IMG/VR virus record: IMGVR_UViG_3300043122_000207
Coordinates: 64,001-128,000 of that record
Direction: 5' to 3' (one strand)
DNA: 64,000 nt
Origin: a virus
Position numbers and translations under genes: made by a program. Numbering within the stretch: the stretch's first letter is position 1; each line of letters begins with the position of its first letter. The notes under the pieces were generated by a model. That model did not search any database. It saw nothing but the letters and a program-made list of their open reading frames with translations, and was not told the DNA's origin. Of this stretch, positions 9,866 to 19,207 are shown one piece after another.

Positions 9866-12028
9866 ATGGCTGATAAAGAAAACGAATTAAAAACACAATT
9901 CCAGAAAAAAATAGAAAACATTGATGAAGATTATAATAAATTAGAGGATAAACTAAATAGAAAAGTATACGGTGTCGGAACTAAAGTTAGAAACCTTGTG
10001 GATATAAGTGATGACTTACCTAATAACTTTCTAGAGGGTCTAGGTTCCTCTTCTTACCGTTCATCTAGAAAACACCTGTTAGACATCGTTGGAAAAGATA
10101 ACGACACCAGGGTGCCTTTAGAGGACGCTATGGAGGATGCACTAAACGATATTGGTGATTACATAACATCTTCTCCTACATATCAGGAGAGAATACTTTT
10201 AGAGCAAGAATACAATTACATGTGTGCACAAATGCCACAGCTTTTAAACTCAATTGAAATAAAAGTTAATAATATTTTATCACCAGATGGCACATCCAAA
10301 AGGTTTATCCAAAACGATATTGTGCGAGGAGATAGTATCATCTCCCAACAGGAGTTAAAAGATATAACAGATAGCAAAGAATTAGAGCCAATGGTAAAAG
10401 ACATATACACCAAAACATTTATAAGTGGAAATAAATATGTTTATACAGTACCCTACAGAAGAATAGCCGAAAGAATATATTCTAGGTATTTGGAAAAAGA
10501 ATCTGTAGGTGGTATGATAGCTGAAGCAGACCTTGCAGAAAAAGAATTGGATAGTTCACTTTTTAGAGAATCTATTGAAGAAGTTGTTTTTTCTGACAGT
10601 GATGAAGAATTTGTTGATTACTATGGGGAGAGTGTGACTTTTGAAACCAGTGAAGAAAACAAATCAGAAATGATGTTAACAGAAAACCCATTGATTGATG
10701 AGGCTAAAGATTCTATAGCTTATGAACTTAATAAGAAATTTGAAGAAGGTGACGATTTCTTATCTGAAAAAGATGGTGTGTTGATAGGTGAAGCTAGATC
10801 GAAGTTTAGTAAAATGACTGGGTGTCATGTCGAGGTTTTAGAAAACGAAAGATGTATTCCGGTTGTTGTTAATAGAGAAGTCATAGGTATATACTATATT
10901 GAAAAACCAGAAGTATTAAATGCTGCTGGTGGGAGGACAAGTTATAGTATCTCAAATATGACCGGCTCCAATTATATTAATGACACTAACGATGTCTTTA
11001 ATGAAAGAAACAACATGACAAAAAATATGGTAACCAAGAAATTGAGAGGTGTAATAAAAAAGAACCTCGATAAGAAATTGATAAAGAAAAATAAAAAAAT
11101 CTTGGATACAATAGAACATATACTAAAATCTTCTGAAACATCCGATTATAAAGTTAGGTATATACCAAGAAAATATATTACACCATTTATGGTTAATAAA
11201 GACAATATGGGTCTTGGTAGATCTCAATTACATCGTTCAAGAATAATGGCACACATGTGGATTTTATTAAACTATTCTAATTTAATGAATAAATTGTTTT
11301 TTGAAAAAGATAAAATGTTGGTTAATGCAAGGGCATCTGTAAGTAAAGATTTAGGTTCGGTTGCCAAAAGAGCACTAGAGGCTGTCAAAAAAATATATCC
11401 TATGCCAAACGAAATCTTGGATCTATCTAAGACACACGGTAGGATGGCTGACATAGCAAGGGTTATAATGCCACAGGCAAGAAACGGAACTAAAGCTTTA
11501 GATATAGAAAGAATGCAGGGTCAGGCTATTGAAGAAAACTACGATTTTAAAAAGGATTTAGAACACATAGCAACAGCTTTAGTTGGTGTTCCTTTTTCAA
11601 TGACAGATACTCAAGCAAATACTGATTATGCCACAAACTTAATAAGTCAAGACATACATCAAGTATCATCTTCGATAACGTACCAAATAGAATTAGAAAA
11701 ACAGATATCTGAGTTTATAACAAAGGTTGCCAGATACGAAAAAGACGATGACAGTATAATTATTAAATCAAACTTACCATTACCTAAAACTCTAACACAA
11801 GGGTTACAGGGTGACGCTTTAAATAGAATAACAGACAAAATAAATAGTATAGTTGAACATGTGGTGGAGGATAGAAATGAAGAGAAAAGGGATTATTTAA
11901 GAGAAAAGTTATTTAGAAAAGAAACAGGTTCTTCCATCGACTGGTTCCAGATAGATAAGATACTAAATAAATACAAATCAGAAACACCAGATAAAGATGA
12001 CGAAGATTCAGGTGGAGGTAGATTCTAA
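9866..12028 (+). CDS. putative portal protein
   Basis: 720 aa; has E..YMC.QMPQL..SIE....NILSPD and ALVGVPFS motifs typical of T4/phiKZ-type portals; late-type promoter upstream. Confidence 0.6.
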   Translation: MADKENELKTQFQKKIENIDEDYNKLEDKLNRKVYGVGTKVRNLVDISDDLPNNFLEGLGSSSYRSSRKHLLDIVGKDNDTRVPLEDAMEDALNDIGDYITSSPTYQERILLEQEYNYMCAQMPQLLNSIEIKVNNILSPDGTSKRFIQNDIVRGDSIISQQELKDITDSKELEPMVKDIYTKTFISGNKYVYTVPYRRIAERIYSRYLEKESVGGMIAEADLAEKELDSSLFRESIEEVVFSDSDEEFVDYYGESVTFETSEENKSEMMLTENPLIDEAKDSIAYELNKKFEEGDDFLSEKDGVLIGEARSKFSKMTGCHVEVLENERCIPVVVNREVIGIYYIEKPEVLNAAGGRTSYSISNMTGSNYINDTNDVFNERNNMTKNMVTKKLRGVIKKNLDKKLIKKNKKILDTIEHILKSSETSDYKVRYIPRKYITPFMVNKDNMGLGRSQLHRSRIMAHMWILLNYSNLMNKLFFEKDKMLVNARASVSKDLGSVAKRALEAVKKIYPMPNEILDLSKTHGRMADIARVIMPQARNGTKALDIERMQGQAIEENYDFKKDLEHIATALVGVPFSMTDTQANTDYATNLISQDIHQVSSSITYQIELEKQISEFITKVARYEKDDDSIIIKSNLPLPKTLTQGLQGDALNRITDKINSIVEHVVEDRNEEKRDYLREKLFRKETGSSIDWFQIDKILNKYKSETPDKDDEDSGGGRF

Positions 12029-12042
12029 AAACAAATATAAGA

Positions 12043-12061
12043 GGCAGGGGTTAACCCTGCC
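12043..12061. terminator. terminator between convergent genes
   Basis: GGCAGGG-GTTAA-CCCTGCC. Confidence 0.8.
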
Positions 12062-12067
12062 CTTTGT

Positions 12068-12469
12068 TTATTCTTTAAAAAAATCCTCTATATTCTTTTT
12101 CAGTTGAATTAAGAATTCAAATAATATGTTATGTTGAACACATTCTTTTATATAGTTCTTTTTAAACATGTTTTCCAATACCACCCTTCGAGTAATATAT
12201 TTATGTTCCAAATGTATGGTATATAAAATTGCTACGGTAGTGAATATCCATAGTAACCTAACATTACCTGAACCCGAATTAATACTCATAAATGTAGTAT
12301 ATAAGCATAACAACATTAAAGTTATCATTCTCAACATACCCTTTAAATCGTATGTGTCCCTTATGATATAAATTTTTTTTCCCTCATAAACGGTTCCGAC
12401 TCTACCTATTGTTTTCTCTAAGACAAAAACTTTTTTATCGGGATTAGTCTTACATTTCCATTTTTCCAT
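12068..12469 (-). CDS. hypothetical membrane protein with two TM segments
   Basis: Two hydrophobic stretches; start overlaps the tmk stop (translational coupling). Confidence 0.6.
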   Translation of the reverse strand: MEKWKCKTNPDKKVFVLEKTIGRVGTVYEGKKIYIIRDTYDLKGMLRMITLMLLCLYTTFMSINSGSGNVRLLWIFTTVAILYTIHLEHKYITRRVVLENMFKKNYIKECVQHNILFEFLIQLKKNIEDFFKE

Positions 12470-13197
12470 TAAATACCACCTTCACTAGTGCCCCCATACG
12501 TTATCCAAGCTGGATTAGGTAATACACCTTTTCTTTTTATTGATTCACATATTTCCCCGAGTATGGTTTCTCTATTCTTTAACTGTCCATTTTCACTACA
12601 TTTGATTATGTCCCATTTTTGTCTTTTTACAACAAATAAAGAATTCTCATGGGTTTTTTTCATGTATGCTTTATCAACTTCATGTATATCTTTATCCTTG
12701 GTGCCAGTGATTTTATTTTTTCTATTCTCTATAAGTTTTTCTCTGATATCATAATCCATATGAAGGAAAATTGTGATATCTGGTTTTGGTAAACCTAGTT
12801 TATTATACTCTAAATCATATTCCCAATCTAAAAATTTTTCTTTTTCATTTAAGGTTTCGAATTTAGAACTCTGGTGTATCATATTGGAAGAAACATATCT
12901 ATCCATTATTATAATATATCCTTCATCAACATATTTTTTCCATGTGTTTTTAAAGGATATAAACCTATCCGAGGCATAAAATAAAGATGCAGGGTAACCA
13001 CCGATATCTTCAGCCTCTTTAGAAATTTCACCATTTAAATACATTTTAACTAAATGTGAAGAATCATTATCATAGAAAGGGAAGGATAATCTTTTCACCT
13101 TCTCATATCTACCATTTAAATAATCATATAATAATCTGGTCTGTGTTTCTTTCCCTACACCATCTACACCATCAATCGCTATTATTTTGGATTCCAT
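12469..13197 (-). CDS. tmk: thymidylate (dTMP) kinase
   Basis: IAIDGVDGVGKETQ P-loop, LFYASDR, IIMDRYVSSN and PKPDITIFL motifs. Confidence 0.93.
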   Translation of the reverse strand: MESKIIAIDGVDGVGKETQTRLLYDYLNGRYEKVKRLSFPFYDNDSSHLVKMYLNGEISKEAEDIGGYPASLFYASDRFISFKNTWKKYVDEGYIIIMDRYVSSNMIHQSSKFETLNEKEKFLDWEYDLEYNKLGLPKPDITIFLHMDYDIREKLIENRKNKITGTKDKDIHEVDKAYMKKTHENSLFVVKRQKWDIIKCSENGQLKNRETILGEICESIKRKGVLPNPAWITYGGTSEGGI

Positions 13198-13210
13198 TTA
13201 AACCACTCCT

Positions 13211-14650
13211 TTAATAAAAGTCTATAACATTGGTAACATGTCTTCTTTTTTTGCTATCTCTAATAGTTATTAAACCTAATGGATCAATGACCGGTGCAAT
13301 AAGGTTTGATGTTTGTGTTATAACTGGTGTGGTATTTAAGAAATCCAAAACAAAATCCGGTATATAGGTTATATCGTATGGTAGTGCTATTTTTTTTATA
13401 TCCCTGTATCTCTTCTGGATGGAAGATAAATTATCAAGTCTAAATCTTTTTAATTCAGATTCCTTTGCACCTCTCTCAATTAGTTTCTTTTTAATCTTTA
13501 AACCTTTTCTTTTCATAAATTCATTGGAAACTAAACGGAATGTATCTGTATAAATGTCTAATACATCCATAGCCATTTTCTCTATACCCTGATCATATAC
13601 ATCGTTGATTTTAAGATATAAATATTCACCGTCATTTATGACCATGATATTATTATCCATCATGTCTACTACTTTCTTTGTTTTATAAAGGTCATATTGG
13701 CTCCTAAACTTAGAGTTAAATTTCTGTACTATGACATCCAGTAAATCTTGATCTAAATCTATATCGTCAGATATCTTTAAAAAAACAGAGTTATTTTTTA
13801 CTGAGACTTCACCGCGATACATTAAACCAGATTTACCTTTTTCTTTTAATTCTATGAAATCCAACTCTTCATAATTGAAATTTATTCTATCTGATATGTC
13901 AACTCTGTATCCATTTAATTTATCTTCGTTTGATTCTATCATTCTATCTATTATGTGATAGGATAGTTTCTTAAACATCTCAGGGTAATCTCTTTTCATA
14001 CCCTCTATATCTGTCATATCTAAATAAGCTGTATAAAAGGTTGCTGGTGCCTCTATCTCATCATCTAAACCTAAATCATTCCATAACTTTATTGCAGTAA
14101 CTCTGTGGTCTGAGATAGGGAAGTCTTCGAACACACCATTTAGCTTATGGACATCAAAGAATTCTTGTGCAGTTTCACCCTTCATCATTTCTAAAACTTC
14201 ATTATCTATATCTCTTAATTTATTTAGTATCCTGTCTAACTTTATATCCTTTTCTCTCATGATATCATTTTCAACTATGTCCTCAACATTACTGCATAAC
14301 TTCTGGTTAAAATTTGATTTAGTAAAAGATAAACCCTTAACGTCCAAGTCAGCAACTTCAAAAACATTTCCTTCTTTAAGTTTATTTAATCCTATATAAT
14401 TTTTCTTTCTAGATGTTAAAACGAATCTTTTATAGAGGTACTCGTTTTTCATATTGATTCTTGATTTATATCTTTCCAAAACATTAGTGTGGTCCTTATA
14501 TCTTTCCAAAGAATAATCCACACAACTTACAGCAACCATTGTGGAAAGATTAGAAAGAGTAAACCATATCTCGTCTTCAGACAAATTTTTGTATCCTTTG
14601 TTATAAAGATCGTTTATATCATTATTCAGTTCATCTATAGCAACCATATT
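13211..14650 (-). CDS. family B DNA polymerase subunit, exon 3
   Basis: Follows intron 2; KNEYLYKRFVLTSRKKNYIG and DVKGLSFTKS match PolB KKRY/KG motifs; 1440 nt in frame. Confidence 0.85.
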   Translation of the reverse strand, partial: NMVAIDELNNDINDLYNKGYKNLSEDEIWFTLSNLSTMVAVSCVDYSLERYKDHTNVLERYKSRINMKNEYLYKRFVLTSRKKNYIGLNKLKEGNVFEVADLDVKGLSFTKSNFNQKLCSNVEDIVENDIMREKDIKLDRILNKLRDIDNEVLEMMKGETAQEFFDVHKLNGVFEDFPISDHRVTAIKLWNDLGLDDEIEAPATFYTAYLDMTDIEGMKRDYPEMFKKLSYHIIDRMIESNEDKLNGYRVDISDRINFNYEELDFIELKEKGKSGLMYRGEVSVKNNSVFLKISDDIDLDQDLLDVIVQKFNSKFRSQYDLYKTKKVVDMMDNNIMVINDGEYLYLKINDVYDQGIEKMAMDVLDIYTDTFRLVSNEFMKRKGLKIKKKLIERGAKESELKRFRLDNLSSIQKRYRDIKKIALPYDITYIPDFVLDFLNTTPVITQTSNLIAPVIDPLGLITIRDSKKRRHVTNVIDFY

Positions 14651-15701
14651 CGTTTATACCCTCGGTCTCCCGATATTTAGAAACTTGGGACTAGACTATA
14701 TCATGATCATATAACCTTAAAGGTTACTTAGATCCCTTCCATTTCCCTCACGGTACTCTACTCAGTTATCATCAGTCAGTCACCCAACTGAATCCCTTTT
14801 CGATAGTCGTTGAACCTTTAGTCGAGATATCTTAAAAATTATAGTTTTCGGAAATATTAACATATGATTCTTTCTCTCTTATTCTTTTTACAAATTTCCA
14901 GAACTTTTGTCTTTCTAATGTTTCTGAAGTATCAAAGTTTAACGTGTCGGCTATTTCTCGGGTTGTAAGATTTTTTTCTAATAAATCACAAACTGACACC
15001 ACCATGCTTTTCCAATTGTACTTATATTTGTTTTTTCTATGGTGTATATCATAATTTGCATATATGCCCTTATGAATGGTACCAGTTTTAATTTTTTGTA
15101 TAGTGGTTAACTCCACTTTATCTTTGAATTTTGGATATAAATCCATCGGATTTAACCCTTTTTCTAACCCTCTACAAATATAATGTACATCGTCATCAGT
15201 CAATACACCTTGATCTTTATGTTGTGTGAATGTCCCTTGTTTTATCGAATGGTGTATATTTTCTTTTTGTGTCAACCATCTCAAATTATAGATATTATTG
15301 TTACCCCTATCTAAGTCTATGTGATCGACCACATAGTCATTTGGGTTATCTATTGGGTCATAGGTGTTTAACATCACCCGATGCACGTAGAAATTTCTTT
15401 TATTATTGTTTTCATCTATAGGTAATCTCACATACTTATAGCCGGCATTCTTTATATTTTCTTTCAATACTTCACCAGTATTGTAATTTTCTATAATTCC
15501 GTGTTCTGAAATAATGTAATTCCCGTATATTTTGTACCCATCGACAAATTCAATATCTTTATAAATGATAAACAAATCACTCCTTTGTCGATATCTCGAT
15601 TACTTGGCTGCTGATTGTCTTATAACTTTTCAGCTATAACAGTTCCCAGCAATTAGAAAGGTTTTTCACATAATGTTTCCACTATGTGCTCCTATAAATT
15701 A
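14651..15701 (-). mobile_element. group I intron 2 in the DNA polymerase gene (1051 nt)
   Basis: Minus-strand core elements: P AATTGCTGGGAA (15643-15654), Q AATCAGCAGCC (15606-15616), R GTTCAACGACTA (14804-14815), S ATGATATAGTCT (14693-14704). P1: exon CUCU pairs with GGAG, ending in U-G. Terminal G at 14651; splicing gives IDTDS|NMVA. Confidence 0.9.
14832..15575 (-). CDS. intron-encoded HNH homing endonuclease (NUMOD4-HNH-HTH), sense to the intron
   Basis: YVHRVML...VVDHIDLDRGNNNIYNLRWLTQKENIHH; AAGGAG RBS; flanked by the 10-bp stem TCGAGATATC/GATATCTCGA (P6 loop). Confidence 0.9.
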   Translation of the reverse strand: MFIIYKDIEFVDGYKIYGNYIISEHGIIENYNTGEVLKENIKNAGYKYVRLPIDENNNKRNFYVHRVMLNTYDPIDNPNDYVVDHIDLDRGNNNIYNLRWLTQKENIHHSIKQGTFTQHKDQGVLTDDDVHYICRGLEKGLNPMDLYPKFKDKVELTTIQKIKTGTIHKGIYANYDIHHRKNKYKYNWKSMVVSVCDLLEKNLTTREIADTLNFDTSETLERQKFWKFVKRIREKESYVNISENYNF

Positions 15702-16430
15702 AGAGTCTGTATCAATCAATAAAATCAAACTTCTCATTATATTTTTAATTGTACCCTGTGTATTCGTGGTGATTTTGTTTGCCTCTTCAATAAGATCCCC
15801 GCCATACCAGTAATATCCACACAATATCTGTTCTGTCATATCCTGTAATTTATCGATTTGTTTTTTAACAGATTCCGGTGGTTCATAAGGGTCAACAAAA
15901 ACACTACCTTCATCTTCTTTTCTATTTTTATCAATTGTATCTAGGGACTCTTTAAATAAACTTTTAACTTCGTCAATATTTAAAAAGGCGTCTATATTAT
16001 TTTTATAATATATTTTTATTAAAGATTCTAAAGATATCTTATTTATTTTTCTAAAGACACCATCGTATGCATAGTAGTTTTCATCAATACCAATATGCTC
16101 CATTACTTTTTGTATATAAATTCCTTTTAACTTTGAATCTCTTTCTTTTTCGTTGTTCCAACTAATACCATTTTCTTTAGCTCTCCTTACAACATTAGCA
16201 AACAATACCCCATAATAATCGTCATCTTCTTTTATTATTTCATCCAATGTGTAAATTAGTGCATCATATTTTTTAGGGAAATAACCACCCAAAGCAGCTT
16301 CAACAGTTAAAGCAGAAATAGATATTATACTTCTACCTTTAGAAGTTATTGCTGCACCCAAATCAGGAGAAAACAATTTACAGTACATATTAATTAAAAC
16401 ACCGTATAAGGTGTTCATAATAATTTTTGT
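15702..16430 (-). CDS. family B DNA polymerase subunit, exon 2
   Basis: KIIMNTLYG (motif B), AAITSKGRSIIS and LIDTDS (motif C); 729 nt in frame. Confidence 0.88.
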
Positions 16431-16446
16431 CACTGTTGCTATTCAT

Positions 16447-16460
16447 AACAAATAGCTTAG
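16447..16460 (+). promoter_or_regulatory. late-type promoter for the antisense intron endonuclease
   Basis: AACA-AATAGCT-TAG matches the window-wide motif; it lies 45 nt before the TTG and upstream of an AGGGGG RBS. Confidence 0.65.
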
Positions 16461-16505
16461 TGGACTATATCATATCCGTACATTCTTAAACAGGGGGCGA
16501 TTCAT

Positions 16506-17441
16506 TTGAAAAATGTAAAAATTAATACTGAGGAAACTTTATTTGATTATCACATTGATAAGGATGGTTTCATTTATGGACAATACGATAGACCTTTAAC
16601 TATATATAAAAATGGTAAAGGTGAGTTTGTCAAAATGTATCATGAGGGGTCTTCAAAATCTTTTCATATACATGAGCTAATTGCGTATACTTTTTTGGAA
16701 TATGAAAAGAGTGAAGACACAATAATATCTTATTACCCTAATAAAAAAACCAAACTGAACAACGTGAAGATATCCAATGTTTTCGATTACGTTGAAAATA
16801 GACATGGTTTCAAAAAACCCAAATTTTTAAAATACGATGATAAAAAATACACCAAATATATCGTGGATATAGATGGTCGTGTATTCAACACCGAAACATA
16901 TAAAATATTATCTGAGCATCAAACCCCTCAGGGATATGTCTTTGTGACATTAAATTTAAAGACAAGAATGATGCATCGTATTTTATATAGCACATACGTT
17001 GAACCCATGGATCCTGATCTAGTTATAAACCATAAAGACGGCATTAAGTCAAACAATACCCTCAGTAACTTAGAGTAGGTGACCACAAGAGAAAACTCAA
17101 TGCACGCTATCAATACTGGGTTAATTGAGACATTTGGGCCCGAAACAATAGAACCTATTTTGACCTTATACTATGGTGGGGAGGGAAGAAAACATATCTC
17201 AGAAAGATTAGGTATCAATTATAATACGGTTAGGTATATAATAGAAAAACATGCCAACCATTCTCCCGACTTTATTAACAGAACTTCTTTCAATTTATTA
17301 GAAGTTGAAAAAATATTCAAATTAAAAGAAAAAGGCTATTCATATTCTGAAATCTCAAAAAGAATCGATCACAAAAATATTTCCACCATAGGGTATACAT
17401 TGAATAATAAAAATTTCCAAAGAATGTTTAAAAATGATTAG
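16506..17441 (+). pseudogene. HNH homing endonuclease antisense to intron 1, interrupted by an in-frame TAG
   Basis: ORFs 16506-17078 and 17079-17441 share a frame; INHKDGIKSNNTLSNLE*VTTRENSMHA has TAG (17076-17078) at the conserved W; C-terminal HTH repeats. Confidence 0.85.
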
Positions 17442-17784
17442 GATTTGCCTGTTTCCATTTAATCACATGGGTTTTTAGTGAACCTTTCGAGGGCTGTACT
17501 ATATCTAAAAAGATACCCTAGTCTCTGAACCCACACCATGATGACCTATATAAAAGTCATTTTAGATGTTCGGCTGCTGATTATCCATTATAACTCTCCT
17601 TAGGGCACCATCCTTAATTGGGTGGTGTTTTTATTTCACCATAGAGAATCCCCTAACTTGTTTCTGACTTTCGTCACCTTTGTATGGGTTTTCACCGCAT
17701 ATTTTGGTACAGGGGCGTTAAGAACTCCCAGCATTTAAGGCAATTTTAACCACACTGTTTCCAGTATGGTAGGACACACTTTTT

Positions 17785-18210
17785 ATCCTTTTGTCTTAAA
17801 TCATACAACTTACCAAGTATGGGGTCATCACCTTCTGTTAAGTAGTAATTACCCAACTTCTTTATCTCAGCTCTATCATCAAACAATCTCATCTCACCAC
17901 TAACAACTGGTGGTGTTTTGATATCTTGGTTTAAAAAGAATGTGCCATTTTCAACCATAAGATAAGGGGTTGAATAAACATCTTCAATAAAATCCAACGC
18001 ATCCAATTTATAGTTTTTACCTCGAACTGTATTGATTAATTCTACGCTTCTATTTACAAACTTATCTTTAAATAATCCGTATAATTTTGTGTCATCTTCT
18101 AATTCTAATTTTCTAGAAACATCCTCTATCCAAGCGTCTCTAAAAACATCTTCATTCTCGAAATTTTTTGCAAATTCCAAATACCCTCTTGACCATCTAC
18201 TCATTGACAA
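17785..18210 (-). CDS. family B DNA polymerase subunit, exon 1
   Basis: AAGGAG RBS; ...ENGTFF...YDLRQKD leads into motif B after splicing; 426 nt; spliced product 864 aa. Confidence 0.85.
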
Positions 18211-18222
18211 TCATCTCCTTAG

Positions 18223-18252
18223 AACAATATTTTAGCTCACATTAAATTGTTT
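18223..18252. promoter_or_regulatory. adjacent divergent AACA-type promoters (DNA polymerase and 18247 gene)
   Basis: Plus AACA-ATATTT-TAG (18223-18235); minus AACA-ATTTAA-TG. Confidence 0.55.
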
Positions 18253-18720
18253 ACGATGATAAAAAATTATCTAGGAGGTCATTATATAATGGAATTGCTA
18301 TCTACAAATGAAATAGAGAAACAATTGGACGCAAAAGAAAAAGGTTTCACCAGTCTTAATAGTGTAGACGATATTCTTCTTTCTCTTCTTCTTATCAAAA
18401 AAGGTGTACCTATGACAGCTCAACTTTCTAAGAAGGTAAAAAAGAATACTGAGTTTGAAATCCCCACAATCGAAGGTCTTGTTTCAAAAGAAGACGAAGA
18501 ACATAAAACATATGATATTGAACTTTTAAAACTTACTGCATTTTTAATAGCCCAAAAACGCGGCGATGAAAACGTAAAGGTTATTGAAGAACAGTATAGT
18601 GAATTTAAATCTATGATGGATAACCTTTATGAAGACTATGCTGAAGATGCGGCTGTAACTTTAAATGAGGTTATTGAAAAAGCAGAAAAAATTGAGAAAC
18701 TCGATAAATTAGATGTATAA
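18247..18720 (+). CDS. hypothetical acidic protein (likely start ATG 18289)
   Basis: AGGAGG RBS before MELLST, late-type promoter at 18223-18235, terminator at 18726. Confidence 0.7.
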   Translation: MFTMIKNYLGGHYIMELLSTNEIEKQLDAKEKGFTSLNSVDDILLSLLLIKKGVPMTAQLSKKVKKNTEFEIPTIEGLVSKEDEEHKTYDIELLKLTAFLIAQKRGDENVKVIEEQYSEFKSMMDNLYEDYAEDAAVTLNEVIEKAEKIEKLDKLDV

Positions 18721-18725
18721 AAATC

Positions 18726-18745
18726 ATGTGGGGTAAAACCCACAT
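18726..18745 (+). terminator. intrinsic terminator
   Basis: ATGTGGG-GTAAAA-CCCACAT followed by a T-run. Confidence 0.85.
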
Positions 18746-18812
18746 TTTTTTTATTTGTCACCAACAACCATTTAGACCACATCCAAATGATGTAGATGCT
18801 ATATGTCTACGA

Positions 18813-18823
18813 TTATATATTAT
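18813..18823 (+). promoter_or_regulatory. early-type promoter motif TTATATATTAT
   Basis: Exact copies at 18813, 21157, 27886, 38750, 41344, 46143 and 47751, each upstream of an RBS. Confidence 0.7.
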
Positions 18824-18840
18824 TAAAATGAAAGAAGGAG

Positions 18841-19203
18841 ATGAAGGAAATGTTGATACTGAAAAAATATTCAGTAGTAGAGGAGATTTTGGAGAAGGTT
18901 TTACAGAATGTAAATAGCTATAAAGCAGGACACCCAGAACTGATGATCAATGATAAATTAAAATTGGAGGTGAATATAGAAAGTGAATCTAAAAAATTTT
19001 ATGGCTTTTCAATACAGATAAAAAAGGGAGAGAAAGTATTGGACACCATAATGATAACTAATGATGAAAGGTCTAATATATTCGATGTATTTAAAAAGGA
19101 GGAATACGATAAAGAGAGTATATTGACCACAAATAGTATAAAGGAGATTGTCAGATTTTCAACAGAATATCTTATAGAAAAATTAAACAAGTTTAAGTTT
19201 TAA
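18841..19203 (+). CDS. hypothetical early protein
   Basis: Follows the TTATATATTAT motif and an AAGGAG RBS. Confidence 0.65.
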   Translation: MKEMLILKKYSVVEEILEKVLQNVNSYKAGHPELMINDKLKLEVNIESESKKFYGFSIQIKKGEKVLDTIMITNDERSNIFDVFKKEEYDKESILTTNSIKEIVRFSTEYLIEKLNKFKF

Positions 19204-19207
19204 GGAG

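Larger units (their letters stand above)
16431..17784 (-). mobile_element. group I intron 1 in the DNA polymerase gene (1354 nt)
   Basis: P1: exon AGGAU pairs with IGS GUCCU (U-G). P10 UGU/ACA. P2 ACCATACTG-GAAA-CAGTGTGGT. P3 TTGCCT/AGGCAA. P AATGCTGGGA, Q AATCAGCAGCC, R GTTCAGAGACTA (17519-17530), S ATGATATAGTCC (16462-16473). Splicing gives RQKD|TKIIMNTLYG. Confidence 0.92.

Noticed and set aside
14652-14659. Alternative intron 2 3' splice site GGG|TATAAA, which has a perfect 6-bp P10
   Set aside because: It shifts exon 3 out of frame (YKRIWLL*); only AAACG|AATATG restores the frame
17076-17078. Genome-wide TAG recoding suggested by the in-frame TAG in the HNH gene
   Set aside because: The missing residue is Trp (TGG to TAG is one substitution), and genes such as 26179, 27935, 30415, 38362 and 47824 end in TAG at the expected protein end
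17490-17510. AGATATAGTAC as the S element of a short, separate intron
   Set aside because: It pairs locally (GTATCT/AGATAT, P7.1). The P3 3' strand lies beyond it, and the S element that completes P7 (TAGTC) is at 16462-16473
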